A stretch of DNA of 64,000 nt from a virus (IMGVR_UViG_3300001525_000092:32001-96000), one strand, 5' to 3'; positions 1-10,551 are shown, counted from the first letter of the stretch. A program made the numbers and translations. The notes: generated from the letters alone by a model not told the origin.

Positions 1-87
1 TCGCTGGGCGCCGCTGGCGGCCGCGAAATAACTCAGGATATAAATTATATTAGGGTAAGATTTTGAAGGCCGCCAGCGTCAAATTTA
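1..87 (+). repeat. Dispersed ~100-bp GC-rich inverted-repeat element, copy A (5' end cut by window edge)
   Basis: CGCTGGCGGCC (12-22) and its reverse complement GGCCGCCAGCG (68-78) flank the AT palindrome ATATAA-A-TTATAT (38-50); near-identical to five other copies. Confidence 0.95.
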
Positions 88-120
88 AATGATTTTAACA
101 TTTAAGAAAATGTTACTAAA

Positions 121-148
121 AAAGTCCAATCTTAATAGACTGGACTTT
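121..148. terminator. Probable intrinsic terminator hairpin
   Basis: AAAGTCCA...TGGACTTT stem with A/T tracts, downstream of the minus-strand gene ending at 170. Confidence 0.6.
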
Positions 149-169
149 CATTTTTGATATTTAGATTCT

Positions 170-1444
170 TTACTTATTTTCTAGTAGCGCAAGCTCTTTA
201 GAAAGAGTAGATAAGATAGCTATCTTAGTAGGATCATTCTTGTATGCTTCTGCTAGTTGCTGTATCTTCTGTCTGCGCTCTTCTATCTTAGCATCCTTAG
301 TAGCTTGAAGTTGCTCATTGATGTTAGCATAAGACTCAGGATCTTCTTTCTTCATGTCTTCATTGATGCGGGCTTCATAGCTTGCTCTTAAATTCACATT
401 TGTCATTGCCTTCACTTGATCTAGTGCTTCATGCATGTACTCAAAGTCAGTACTAGCAGAACCGGATGCTGAGCGTACCCATGTCAAGTTCACATTGTCA
501 TTGCCTTCAATGATGTTAGCAATAGAACCATCTGCACACTCAAGAACTTTAGCACAGTCAACTTCACAGATATTGTCAAAGCCTTCTTGTACTCTTGCTA
601 CATTCATCACAATGTTCATGAAGTTAGTCTTAGTAGCACCAAACAATGTAGAAGAGAAGTTGTCAGCGTATTGCTTGAAGTCTATGGTGTTGTTGAATGA
701 CTCTGATATATTTTCACCTTTCTCTAACTTGATCTCATTCTCTGATATTGTGAACTTATAAGATGGCTCATTCCAGTTTGCTTGCCACTCATACACTAAT
801 GACTCATCTACTTTATGGAAGTTAGGAAGAAGTGAGTTGATAGTGTTGAAGTCTGCATCATCGCATGCTGCTTGGCTTACCTTTCCTTCTTTGATGCAGT
901 AGCTATATCCATTGATAGCAAACCATGTCTCATTCTCTTTCACAATAGAATATGACAAAGGTGAAGTAAGTGAGTAGTTCTGAGTTCTCACTTCATCTAC
1001 ATGCATAGTACCATATACCTCTTTACAGATGTTACGGAACTCTGGGATGTACTGGATAGACTTGAGTGCACCTGCTTTGATATATTGCACTACTTCTGAC
1101 TCATTCATAGAAAGCAGCTTCTCTGCCGTCTTGCAACCTTCTTTAGCAATGTAGTCATATTGAGAGTTAGAGTTCTCTATGATCTCACAAGCAGTAGCAA
1201 TCTTCCAACTGATGTTGTTCTCTGTCACATATTTCAGTACACTCTCTAATATAGTAGCAATTCCATTGTCGTACTTGTATTGTGTTGATTCTCTTATGAA
1301 GCTATTGACTAGGCCATAGCTTGCTGGATTTGTATAAAGATAGCCACGATAGTTCTTCAAGAACTCTTTGCCTGACTCAGTAATGGCCTCTGTCATGTTA
1401 AGCTTGTCAGCAAAACTAAGACCTTTAATCAAATTTAGATTCAT
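170..1444 (-). CDS. Hypothetical protein, probably a virion/head component
   Basis: 424-aa ORF with phage codon usage, several I/L-x-E motifs and a C-terminal coiled coil; preceded by TATTTTTAACT. Confidence 0.5.
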   Translation of the reverse strand: MNLNLIKGLSFADKLNMTEAITESGKEFLKNYRGYLYTNPASYGLVNSFIRESTQYKYDNGIATILESVLKYVTENNISWKIATACEIIENSNSQYDYIAKEGCKTAEKLLSMNESEVVQYIKAGALKSIQYIPEFRNICKEVYGTMHVDEVRTQNYSLTSPLSYSIVKENETWFAINGYSYCIKEGKVSQAACDDADFNTINSLLPNFHKVDESLVYEWQANWNEPSYKFTISENEIKLEKGENISESFNNTIDFKQYADNFSSTLFGATKTNFMNIVMNVARVQEGFDNICEVDCAKVLECADGSIANIIEGNDNVNLTWVRSASGSASTDFEYMHEALDQVKAMTNVNLRASYEARINEDMKKEDPESYANINEQLQATKDAKIEERRQKIQQLAEAYKNDPTKIAILSTLSKELALLENK

Positions 1445-1471
1445 TTAGTTTTTGGTATGATTTATTTAGAT

Positions 1472-1482
1472 AGTTAAAAATA
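1472..1482 (-). promoter_or_regulatory. Putative late-promoter motif TATTTTTAACT
   Basis: The same motif lies about 13-45 nt upstream of nine genes in the window. Confidence 0.55.
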
Positions 1483-1537
1483 ATGTCTTTATTATTCATA
1501 TAAATAAAACATACTAATTAAATGACATGAATATAAT

Positions 1538-2482
1538 ATGAAAGAAACGGTCATAATTGTGACAGTGTACAAGAATAGGTACAGTAAGTTGATAGATTGG
1601 CTAGCATCAGAGAAAAGCACCATTTCTGATACTTGCGACATAGTGCTTCTTGCTCAGAACAATGATGAATATAAAGAATATGAGAAGTATTGCAAGAAAG
1701 AAAACATGAGAGTAGTATGGTGTGATGCTACTAACATAGGAGAGAAAAGGAAGTACGGATATCATTGGGCTATAGACAATGGATATAAGAATCTGATATG
1801 GACAGATGATGACTTATATCCAACTGGCACTGCTATAGACTTCATCACTAAGAATCCTTCTGGTAAGTACAAAGGACATAGAATTCCTGTTGATGAAATA
1901 TATGATAGACTTATAAAAGTAGTAGAAGATCATCCTGATGCTGGGATGGTGACTTGCTTCAGAAGCGGATTCTTAGGCATGTCTACTACACGGATATACA
2001 AGAACAAAGCGTTGCATCCTAATGCATTGATCTTGATAAATCTAAATGTCATGAAACATAGTGATATAGAATACAATACATCTCCTGATTGGATGGAAGA
2101 TCAATGCTTCTATCTAGACATGCTAGTATCAGGATATCCTATATATTGTGAAGGAAGCATATGTCCTAACTATCCTATATATAGATGGAATCACAACAAT
2201 AAGTCATTAGTATATAGTGACAGTAATGGTGGCTTGTCTAAGAGGGACATGCAACAGATAAGACAGTATGTCAAGTATGGCGGAGACTTGTACATAGGAA
2301 GATCTGGCAATCTTACTACTAAGATAAACTATAGCAAGTATTATGGTGCTAAAGACCTTCCTATTCCTTATGGAAAGTCTTTTGATGAAGATCTGATGAG
2401 ACTATGCAAGTCAAGAGAAGATGAGACATTGTTGAAAGAAGTGATAGACTATCTAACTAACAAGAAAACAAAAAAAAGATGA
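1538..2482 (+). CDS. GT-A fold glycosyltransferase of the TAGT/GREB1-like DNA-base glycosyltransferase type
   Basis: NIGEKRKY...LIWTDDD (DxD) and WMEDQCFYLDML (ED) motifs; N-terminal IIVTVYKNR strand. Confidence 0.65.
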   Translation: MKETVIIVTVYKNRYSKLIDWLASEKSTISDTCDIVLLAQNNDEYKEYEKYCKKENMRVVWCDATNIGEKRKYGYHWAIDNGYKNLIWTDDDLYPTGTAIDFITKNPSGKYKGHRIPVDEIYDRLIKVVEDHPDAGMVTCFRSGFLGMSTTRIYKNKALHPNALILINLNVMKHSDIEYNTSPDWMEDQCFYLDMLVSGYPIYCEGSICPNYPIYRWNHNNKSLVYSDSNGGLSKRDMQQIRQYVKYGGDLYIGRSGNLTTKINYSKYYGAKDLPIPYGKSFDEDLMRLCKSREDETLLKEVIDYLTNKKTKKR

Positions 2483-2507
2483 TTCCTTAAGGAATCATCT
2501 TTTTTTT
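2470..2507. terminator. Bidirectional terminator, perfect 38-bp palindrome
   Basis: A8-GATGATTCCTTAAGGAATCATC-T8 between convergent genes. Confidence 0.85.
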
Positions 2508-2523
2508 TGTGTGTTGTATCATA

Positions 2524-2805
2524 TCACATCTTAAGACCTAGCTTAGTAGCACAAGCTGTCACTATCAATCTGCTTGTCATCAAGCTTCCTAATGGTCCTT
2601 TCAAGTCAATTCCAAGTGTGTTAGCTACTGCTTTCATTATAATTGGTCCAACAGTGAATCCTGCTAAGCCACCGAACAATCCACCGAGAATGCCTTCTGT
2701 CAAAGGAGTGCCATTCTCTCTAGCACCTTCAAGATGCTTTATAAGATCTCCATATGCTTTGTCTTCATTGATAGGTTGCTCTAGACAATCATTTATAGAC
2801 TTCAT
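2524..2805 (-). CDS. Putative internal head protein with glycine zipper
   Basis: MKSINDCLEQPINE N-terminus; LTE followed by GILGGLFGGLAG. Confidence 0.5.
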   Translation of the reverse strand: MKSINDCLEQPINEDKAYGDLIKHLEGARENGTPLTEGILGGLFGGLAGFTVGPIIMKAVANTLGIDLKGPLGSLMTSRLIVTACATKLGLKM

Positions 2806-2808
2806 TGT

Positions 2809-3282
2809 TTATATGCTCACTATATTGTTGTCTAAGAATGAAACTATAGCATGCACCCATTTCTTAGCATCTACTGGCTTGTTGTCTGATGTCTTGATGT
2901 CAAACTCATGACCTTCTTTCTTAGCTGTAGTACCTTTAGACTTTCTAGGTGTAGACTTAGGTCCATACTCTATAGAAAGTGTAGTAACATGGCTAGATTG
3001 ATTGAATGATAATGTCATGTTTAGAAGTCTCATATCATCCCAATTAGACATCACATACTGCTCAAAAGGTATCAAACCAAGCCCATTCACATCATCATAA
3101 GATGTCCTGTCATCTTTGAAGAAGTTCTTGTAATGATTGACAAGCATCTCTTCTGTCACTTTCTCATCATCTTTGAAAGGAACATTCTTAGGCATGCTCT
3201 TCAATGCATAAGTATACTGCTTCCATAAGTCATTAGATTCAAAGACTAATGACTCGTTCATATATTCTGTCAATGATTTCAT
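2809..3282 (-). CDS. Putative internal head protein
   Basis: MKSLTEYMNES capsid-targeting-like N-terminus. Confidence 0.5.
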   Translation of the reverse strand: MKSLTEYMNESLVFESNDLWKQYTYALKSMPKNVPFKDDEKVTEEMLVNHYKNFFKDDRTSYDDVNGLGLIPFEQYVMSNWDDMRLLNMTLSFNQSSHVTTLSIEYGPKSTPRKSKGTTAKKEGHEFDIKTSDNKPVDAKKWVHAIVSFLDNNIVSI

Positions 3283-3366
3283 CCTGCTATTATGTCCTGT
3301 GTTTTCTTTTTGTCTTTGTTGTCTTCTGTTACCATTCCTTCACAATATGTTTGTGTTATGTTGCTG

Positions 3367-3891
3367 CTACATGGTACCTCCGTTATTTGCATTGTCTCCA
3401 TTGTTTTCATTATTGTTTTTGTTGTCATCACCATTGTCTGGCTTAGCTTCTGCCTTCATAGACTTTATCACATCTGCTATCTTTGGTCCTTTCGACTTAG
3501 ACCAACCGGTAGACACATAACCATAAGGCTTGATTCCATCTATCAAGAAAGCATAGTCATTGCTGAACTCTACTATTGCTACTTTGCATACATTGTCTAG
3601 TTGCTTAGAAAGTGTAGCAGTCTTAGCTTGGGTATTTCCTCCTAGTCCTTGAACTGATGTTGGAACAAGAAAGCCACCATCAAAGAAGCTATCCTTTGCT
3701 TCTTCTTGTCCGGACATCACTTTAATCCACCCTTTCACTGTAGTGTTGAAAACAGGCCAAGTCTTGAATGTGCCAGCATCTATCTTAGTAGACTTGTCCT
3801 TGTTGTCTTGATTATTCTGATTGTCTTGATTTTGGTCGCTCTGATTATTTTGATCTTCCGCTTCTAGAATCAACTCACTTAGACTTTTCAT
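3367..3891 (-). CDS. Putative internal head protein with N/Q/D-rich ends
   Basis: MKSLSELILEA N-terminus; TATTTTTAACT upstream at 3914-3924. Confidence 0.5.
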   Translation of the reverse strand: MKSLSELILEAEDQNNQSDQNQDNQNNQDNKDKSTKIDAGTFKTWPVFNTTVKGWIKVMSGQEEAKDSFFDGGFLVPTSVQGLGGNTQAKTATLSKQLDNVCKVAIVEFSNDYAFLIDGIKPYGYVSTGWSKSKGPKIADVIKSMKAEAKPDNGDDNKNNNENNGDNANNGGTM

Positions 3892-3933
3892 TGTTCTTAA
3901 GTTCTTTCAATTTAGTTAAAAATAGAACAATTA

Positions 3934-5076
3934 TCATTGTTCTGTTTCATTCCTGCGCTTCTTAGAAAGCTCAGTTAAAAATAATTGAATGTCTTCTTTT
4001 GAGAAGAGCTCTACATAATTCAAGTTGTTCTTCTTAGCAGTTTCCCTTTTATTTACATCTGAGATTGTCCAAGTAGTTATAGCTGACTTATAAAATGGAT
4101 GTTCTTTACTTCTTTCTTTCCATTGTTCTAATATAGAAGAATCTTCTTTAGAAGTAGAAGAGTAAGGATGCTTGCCGTGTGTCCAAGAACCTTGCAATTC
4201 TATGAACATGTCTAGTTCCGGTATATAAAAGTCACAATGCGAAGGATAACGTTCTTCCTTATATTGTCTTATGACAGAAGGATATATATCACATATGTCT
4301 TTGTAAAGTTGTTCTTCTGGTTTAGATGTGCTGAAAGTATGATTATTTCTTTTAGTTCTTGAAATCTTCTCTAATGATTCTTTAGATGCTCCTCCATTAG
4401 TTACACCATATTTCTTAAGGCAAGTATCTACTAATTTATTCTTGAACTTATCACATTTCAATGGATTGTCTACACCATACCTTTCTATTAATGTATTCTT
4501 TATCTTCTCCTTGACTTCTTTTGCCTGATATGCGTTGTCTACACCATATTTTTGTTGCATTGATTTTTTGTATGCTTTCTTTGCTTGAGATGACTTAGCA
4601 GTATTGTCTACCCCATATCTTTCTAGTGTTGTTTGGATAATCCTTTTCTTTATGACATCTGACTTAGCAGGATTATCTACCCCATAATGATTCATCAAAG
4701 TATTCTTTATTTTTTCTTGTGCTTGCTTAGAGGCTCCTCCGTTTATGACTCCATATCTTTCCATGCAAGTAGAAGCTATCTTATTTTTAGTGATAGGAGA
4801 TTTCTGTGCACAAGAAATAGAACAATGATATTCAAATGGCTTGAATGATGCTCCTCTAAATTTCACATATTTACCACAAATAGGACACTTAGGATGTGCT
4901 TCTATATTACGACTAATTCTAAACAATGTCTCTTTAATAGAAAATGAATCATGATATCTATTTAAGAGATATTCTTCTATGTTAGGATATTTGTATATTT
5001 TTCTAATTCTATTAGAATTTATTCTTCTTTTCTTATCAAACAATATTCTTAATATCAATTGGTCATGGTTGTTCAT
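3934..5076 (-). CDS. Putative homing endonuclease (Zn finger, KYGVDN repeats, C-terminal Vsr/PD-(D/E)xK-like nuclease), paralog 1
   Basis: CPICG..CSISC; repeated (K/R)YGV(D/T)N; CDFYIPELDMFIELQGSWTHG; AT-rich codon usage. Confidence 0.75.
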   Translation of the reverse strand: MNNHDQLILRILFDKKRRINSNRIRKIYKYPNIEEYLLNRYHDSFSIKETLFRISRNIEAHPKCPICGKYVKFRGASFKPFEYHCSISCAQKSPITKNKIASTCMERYGVINGGASKQAQEKIKNTLMNHYGVDNPAKSDVIKKRIIQTTLERYGVDNTAKSSQAKKAYKKSMQQKYGVDNAYQAKEVKEKIKNTLIERYGVDNPLKCDKFKNKLVDTCLKKYGVTNGGASKESLEKISRTKRNNHTFSTSKPEEQLYKDICDIYPSVIRQYKEERYPSHCDFYIPELDMFIELQGSWTHGKHPYSSTSKEDSSILEQWKERSKEHPFYKSAITTWTISDVNKRETAKKNNLNYVELFSKEDIQLFLTELSKKRRNETEQ

Positions 5077-5082
5077 ATACAA

Positions 5083-5126
5083 AAAATGTTGCCTAATTCT
5101 TTTTTATATAAGAAAATAGGCAACAT
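5083..5126 (-). terminator. Hairpin plus U-tract between the ATPase and endonuclease genes
   Basis: ATGTTGCCTA...TAGGCAACAT inverted repeat followed on the minus strand by a T-run. Confidence 0.55.
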
Positions 5127-5151
5127 CTGTGAAGATATTCAAGTTTAAATT

Positions 5152-6819
5152 CTAGAAATGCTTTCCGCCTCGGAGTGCTTGATTCCGAAGTTGCTCTGCA
5201 ATCATCTTCTCCGCAAGTTGCAATTCTTCATCATTCTCTGCATTCTCATATAGACGGGCACATGTCAAGAATGATCTAATAGATATTTCTATTTGATTGC
5301 CATCTTCTACCATCTTGTTCAAGTAGTTCATAGCCTTAGCTTTGCTAGACATTCCAAGATGATTAGGCTCAAGTTTTGGCATCAAGTCTTTGATAATCTC
5401 AAGCACATCTTTCACATCAAAGTCAAGTGACTGGGTGAATGCACGGTTACGCAATGCAGTGTCAATCTGACCTACATTGTAGTTTGTAATCACAATAACT
5501 CCACATTTCACATAGCAACTCTTAGGAACTGGTGTGCCTTCATCATCTTTCAACTCACCTGATATCTTATATGACACAAGACGACCTTCATCATCTGCTG
5601 TAGAATCAAGAGCTGCTTTTAGAATGTTGATGCAGTCTTCAGGAGCCTTTGGACCAATCAATCCATCTGCATCATCAATCACTACCATGTCACCTTTAGA
5701 CTTGTTATTGTACAATGTCAAGTAAAGTTGACGAGGTGAGCACTTGCCTTTGATGATGTTGTCACCGGTCATAGTATAACCTGCGGCTTTAAGTTGCTGC
5801 AATACGCGATAAGTTTTTCCTAGGCCCGGAGCTCCCGCTAATATGACCGCAGGTTGTATTCCTTTAATTACCATCTTCACATACATCTGCATCTCCTTGA
5901 ATGCTGTCTTAGGATCACTCTTGTGTCTCTCAATCTCTTTCTTTGCATTGCTTCCTCCTTCTATAGAAGAACTTACCGAAACATTCTTCTTAGAACGACA
6001 CTCTAGATCTTCAAGTGTCTCTCCTCCACCTTTGATGCAATTCTGAATTCTACGATACTCGGCATATGCTTTGCCTTCTGCTTCTCTCTCACCATCTTTT
6101 CTAGCTTGCTTCACTCTCTCCCATGCATCTTTCTTCATGTCTTCAAGCTCTGTCTCTAGAACCGGATTCATCCATTGATAAGAACCATTGATGTTCTCAA
6201 ACTTATGTCCTAACTTCAAGTGGAACTTCTCAATCACTTTAGAATCAGACATTCCTTCATATACAGTGTACTTCTGCGCACCAATATAGTATGGATAAGA
6301 AAGACACTCATTCTTCTTGTCAAATACCTTGCGACCTATCTTCACAGCTTCATCGCCTGACATGTCAAACTTCTTGCTATTGATGACAGCACTTATCACA
6401 GGAATGTAGTACACTATAGATGCACCCATCATATCAATAGTAAGTGCTGCTTTAGTATTCACTGTCTCTTCATCTCCATTCCACATCAATGCATCCAATG
6501 ATTCTTTCTTATAGAATGCTACAGAGAATGGAACCATTGACTTTCCTGACTTGAGCCAGTTGATAGAGAATCCAGAAACTGTTGCATGTGACTTCTTATC
6601 AAGAACAGTGTACAAGCATGACTCACAGTCATTGCCATCTACTTTGAGTGAGTAGATTCCAACATACAATGGATCACCTACTGTTATCTGTTTCTTCAAC
6701 AAAGAAAGAATTGCACTCTTTGCTTTTCCGAAGTTCTCTTTCTTGAATGCTTCTGATATCATCTGAAATGACTCAGAAACTAATTGCTTCTTGTTTACAA
6801 AATCTAAGAAATTTCCCAT
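5152..6819 (-). CDS. AAA+-type P-loop ATPase (C-terminal domain)
   Basis: Walker A GAPGLGKT, Walker B VVIDDAD, sensor VIVITN, Arg finger ALRNR. Confidence 0.8.
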   Translation of the reverse strand: MGNFLDFVNKKQLVSESFQMISEAFKKENFGKAKSAILSLLKKQITVGDPLYVGIYSLKVDGNDCESCLYTVLDKKSHATVSGFSINWLKSGKSMVPFSVAFYKKESLDALMWNGDEETVNTKAALTIDMMGASIVYYIPVISAVINSKKFDMSGDEAVKIGRKVFDKKNECLSYPYYIGAQKYTVYEGMSDSKVIEKFHLKLGHKFENINGSYQWMNPVLETELEDMKKDAWERVKQARKDGEREAEGKAYAEYRRIQNCIKGGGETLEDLECRSKKNVSVSSSIEGGSNAKKEIERHKSDPKTAFKEMQMYVKMVIKGIQPAVILAGAPGLGKTYRVLQQLKAAGYTMTGDNIIKGKCSPRQLYLTLYNNKSKGDMVVIDDADGLIGPKAPEDCINILKAALDSTADDEGRLVSYKISGELKDDEGTPVPKSCYVKCGVIVITNYNVGQIDTALRNRAFTQSLDFDVKDVLEIIKDLMPKLEPNHLGMSSKAKAMNYLNKMVEDGNQIEISIRSFLTCARLYENAENDEELQLAEKMIAEQLRNQALRGGKHF

Positions 6820-6836
6820 ATTGTATATTATATTGA

Positions 6837-7040
6837 CTAGTCTTTCATGTAATTTGATTTCTTGTCCTTCACAACTTCATAGTTGTTGCCTTCGACTGCA
6901 TCTGACACTGCTTTCTTTGCTTGCTCTTCAGTGTCACAGACGGTAATGATAGTGCCATCATCTTTGTCCTTCACAACATAGACTTCTGCTTCCTCTTCTA
7001 ATAGCAAAGCTTCATCTATGCACTCTAATAAACTTTTCAT
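6837..7040 (-). CDS. Small putative internal head protein
   Basis: MKSLLECIDEA N-terminus; TATTTTTAATC upstream at 7070-7080. Confidence 0.5.
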   Translation of the reverse strand: MKSLLECIDEALLLEEEAEVYVVKDKDDGTIITVCDTEEQAKKAVSDAVEGNNYEVVKDKKSNYMKD

Positions 7041-7085
7041 ATAGCTATATAATGTTTAGATATCTTTGTGATTAAAAATAAGATG

Positions 7086-7964
7086 TCACTTGACTGCATT
7101 CTTGTCAAACTTGCCATTCTTCATTCTATTGAGGGCAGATCCTTCTTTATCAGGGTAACTAGATGGCTTAGAACCTTTCTCTTGTCCTGCTTTGTCTGTC
7201 TGCGGCATCTCTCCTCTAGATGGAGCATTGTCTTCAGGATAATTGTTGACTTTCACATTCCAAATGTTAGAGCAGATGTCTTCTACTACTTCTTCTCTTT
7301 CTATGTTCTTCTCTTCACTGTATATAGAAGCAGACTCTTCTGAAAGCTTAGTAGTCACATACTCTCTTATCTTGCTCTTGTTCCATTCTTTGTCATACAA
7401 GTTAGGACCATTTGTCTTTCCTGATGGTATCTCCGGATCTTCATCTCGCTTAGCTAGTGCTGCTGCAATGTTTCCTTGCACCGCTTTCAGCATCTGCACA
7501 GGAGAGATGTCAGCATCATAGTCAAAGCAAACCATGTTTCCTTCTGGATTAATCATCGCACACTCAGACCATCTATGATGTCCATCTATCACATAGTTTC
7601 CTCTGAATGTGACTAACGGCATTCCTGCTGTCACTATCTTGTCATCAAACAAGTGCTTCATGTTGTCTGGCTTAGTTAGACTATGCTTGATAGACTTGTC
7701 AACATCTATCTCATTCTGAGTTGGCCGCAATGCCATTGGCTTGATTAGCTTCACTCTGAATGTGAACTTGGTGTCTCCTAAGTCACCTCCAAAGCCGTCT
7801 TCTAGCAAAGTCTTTGCTTTAGGATCTTCTAGCATCTTGTTAAGAGTACTAACATAGTCAGGATAGTTCTTGCCTTTCAAGTACTTCTCTAATTCCTTCT
7901 TTCTCTCTTTGTTAGAAGAAGTAGTTCTTGCATTCTCTAGTATGTATTCTTCTAGTCTTACCAT
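7086..7964 (-). CDS. ParB/sulfiredoxin-like domain protein
   Basis: LRPTQ...PLV...YVIDGHHRW motif; N-terminus MVRLEEYILEN. Confidence 0.7.
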   Translation of the reverse strand: MVRLEEYILENARTTSSNKERKKELEKYLKGKNYPDYVSTLNKMLEDPKAKTLLEDGFGGDLGDTKFTFRVKLIKPMALRPTQNEIDVDKSIKHSLTKPDNMKHLFDDKIVTAGMPLVTFRGNYVIDGHHRWSECAMINPEGNMVCFDYDADISPVQMLKAVQGNIAAALAKRDEDPEIPSGKTNGPNLYDKEWNKSKIREYVTTKLSEESASIYSEEKNIEREEVVEDICSNIWNVKVNNYPEDNAPSRGEMPQTDKAGQEKGSKPSSYPDKEGSALNRMKNGKFDKNAVK

Positions 7965-7975
7965 TTCTTATTCTT

Positions 7976-8860
7976 TTATATTGCGTCATCTTCACTTATC
8001 AAGTCAGGTGCATTTTTTTCTATCTTGTATGTTGAGTTGTCATATATTGACACTACTGGCTTGTTCTTGCCTAAGTAGCCTGACAAGAAATGATTATAGT
8101 ATAAGTAATAGTCTTCTCCTTCTACATTGTCTAACATGAAGTTTACGATAGCTATGTCACTTGACAACTTCTTCACTCTAGCAACTATAGAAATTCCATT
8201 AGACAACTTATACTTATAAGAATATTCTTTATCTAGAACTCTGTCATGACTAGGACACCCGTAGAACACTATGTCTTGAAGTGTGATGTCAGACTTATCA
8301 AGAAGAGAAGAAAAGTTCAAGTAAGTGAAGAATGGATCATCATATAGTTCTTTTACTCTATCTATTGTGAGATTGACTGTCTCATCATCTTCTATTCCTA
8401 AAGTGTCTTTAGCTATTCCTTCAAGTGTGTCTATGACCGGAATTCCAATGCATTTGTTACATTTCATCAATGATCTCCATCTCACTATGTAAATCAAGTC
8501 AAGCTTCTTGATGATAGGTGTAGCAGTTCCTATGAATGTGTCATCAAATATGATGCTAGGCACTTCTATCACATCACTGACTTTCTCTTTCCAATAATCT
8601 GGGATATTCACATCATCAATGAAGATGTAATACCCATCTAGCTCATATTCATTGTCTTCTAGTGGATATAAGCAGTCTCTTGCTTGGTCACTCAACAGAT
8701 TAGCTTCTGCTTCTATCAATGGTAGATGATGGAGATGAATAGCATGCAATGTGACTGTATCATCTGCACCGCTGGATGAAGTCATGTAAGACTTTATCTT
8801 GTTCCATCTTTCTCTATTTATTAAGAATGGACACTTACTCTTTAGTTCTTCTATATTCAT
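7976..8860 (-). CDS. Hypothetical protein
   Basis: 294-aa ORF with phage codon usage and a promoter-like motif at 8883-8913. Confidence 0.6.
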   Translation of the reverse strand: MNIEELKSKCPFLINRERWNKIKSYMTSSSGADDTVTLHAIHLHHLPLIEAEANLLSDQARDCLYPLEDNEYELDGYYIFIDDVNIPDYWKEKVSDVIEVPSIIFDDTFIGTATPIIKKLDLIYIVRWRSLMKCNKCIGIPVIDTLEGIAKDTLGIEDDETVNLTIDRVKELYDDPFFTYLNFSSLLDKSDITLQDIVFYGCPSHDRVLDKEYSYKYKLSNGISIVARVKKLSSDIAIVNFMLDNVEGEDYYLYYNHFLSGYLGKNKPVVSIYDNSTYKIEKNAPDLISEDDAI

Positions 8861-8892
8861 GTTCTATTGTCTTATATGAATCAATATAGAAA

Positions 8893-10551
8893 CTATATGA
8901 AGTGTATTTCAATTGCTTCTTGCATCACAACAGACTCTTTGATATTGTCTGTAGGATATGTTCTCACTCCTTTCTTGAGCACAGGCACTTCTAGCAAAGT
9001 GTCAAGTGAGATGTTTCCATAGTAGTCTAGTCCAATAGGATGAAGCTCATCATACACTTGTCTGTCTTCTACTATCTTGTATGTGTTGTTAGAGACATGC
9101 ATCTGGTGCTTGTACCAGTAACCTTTCACTCTTCCTTCTTCGTTGTCATTAGATATGATGTCTATGTCTATGCTAGAAAGTCCGGAACAGTTAGACAGCA
9201 CAGCGGATATGATGTCTGACTTAGGTATGAATGTAGTGTTCATAGGCAATGACATGAAGTACTGTGATATGGTGTTAGATATGCTTGTCTTCAGTGCTTC
9301 TTGTCCGTATATAGTGTCACATTTCACATAGCACACAATAGCATACTTTCTCACTATAGGATCTACTATCTTTACTGTAAGTCCAGCAAAAGTCTTCTTT
9401 GACTCTTCTATTGCTGTCAGCAACATTGACTTCTGGTAGTCACTTAAGAACACATTAGAAGAGCTAGCACACATATAGTCTGAGCTAGACACTGAGAGCA
9501 ATGGACATATAGTCACAGTCAGTGAGTTAGAATGCATCAGTATGTTAGCAGTAGATATGAATGAGTATCTGTCTAAGAAGAGCTTGAAGTTGTCTTCTGA
9601 TGCTAGCACTAGTGATCTTGAGTTGCATCCTACTAGCTTTCTCACAGAAGCAATTGTGTCACTATTAGATCCACCAGATATGTAGTTAGAGAGAACTAAG
9701 TCAAGATAGTCATTTCCGTCTACTTCATTTCCTAGACCATCTATCAATGATGACTTGAACTTCAATTGTGCTTTCTGGCTGTAGCTGACATTTCCTGCTG
9801 CCCCGTCATGCACAACATACTTGACGCTCACATTGTCTGCTTCAGCAAGTTGCTTCCCGTGCACACCATCTCCAAACATGAATGCAAGGCCGCCATCATA
9901 TCCTGCCGTCACTACTACTTCTTTTCCATTCTCTGTCATGTCATATATTGATGTGACTTTGTCATACTTCTCATTGTTCACATACACACTAACATAAGAC
10001 ATGTCAAACAAACCTGTAGGAGAGATAGTGAATGTCTCTAACTTTTCTCCTTTAGCTATGTATCTTGATTCTTCTCGCTTTCCTTGCACTATCTTCACAT
10101 CATAAGTCACTAAAGGTCTGTTCATGTCTATGACGATGCAATCAGTAGGCAACCATATCAAGTACTCATATCCAGTGCTACTATTCACTATTATTGTGTA
10201 GTTAGGAACAATGAGCTTCACTGATCCACTTTCTAGACCATTTCCTATCTTGTTCTTTAAGTGCACAGTTCCTATAGCAGATGATCCAAACCAAGGCTCA
10301 TGCCCTGATAGCTTAGCAAGTCCATACACTGACTTCTTTCTTATAGCAGTGAATATGTTCTGCTCAGTAAGTGCATCTTCTATATAGAACATGATGTTTT
10401 GCATCACACCTTTTATTCCTTGCAATATGACACCATATATAGATGCCTGTGAATATGGCAAGCCGACTGACTTGAATGCTTTTGCTAAGAATGACTGCAT
10501 TGTGTCATCAAACTTGTCGTATGTTGTGCTAAGTAAGCTAAATAGTCTCAT
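8893..10551 (-). CDS. Baseplate wedge subunit (T4 gp6-like)
   Basis: EQNIFTAIRKKSVYGLAKLSG, FGDGVHGK and SGGSNSDTIASVRK motifs; adjacent to a gp25-like gene. Confidence 0.8.
   Translation of the reverse strand: MRLFSLLSTTYDKFDDTMQSFLAKAFKSVGLPYSQASIYGVILQGIKGVMQNIMFYIEDALTEQNIFTAIRKKSVYGLAKLSGHEPWFGSSAIGTVHLKNKIGNGLESGSVKLIVPNYTIIVNSSTGYEYLIWLPTDCIVIDMNRPLVTYDVKIVQGKREESRYIAKGEKLETFTISPTGLFDMSYVSVYVNNEKYDKVTSIYDMTENGKEVVVTAGYDGGLAFMFGDGVHGKQLAEADNVSVKYVVHDGAAGNVSYSQKAQLKFKSSLIDGLGNEVDGNDYLDLVLSNYISGGSNSDTIASVRKLVGCNSRSLVLASEDNFKLFLDRYSFISTANILMHSNSLTVTICPLLSVSSSDYMCASSSNVFLSDYQKSMLLTAIEESKKTFAGLTVKIVDPIVRKYAIVCYVKCDTIYGQEALKTSISNTISQYFMSLPMNTTFIPKSDIISAVLSNCSGLSSIDIDIISNDNEEGRVKGYWYKHQMHVSNNTYKIVEDRQVYDELHPIGLDYYGNISLDTLLEVPVLKKGVRTYPTDNIKESVVMQEAIEIHFI

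Noticed and set aside
33-60. Repeat core resembles a Xer dif site (ATAA-6 nt-TTAGGGTAAGA)
   Set aside because: The XerD-like arm is not conserved in copies E and F and only partly in the others; the similarity is explainable by AT palindromy.
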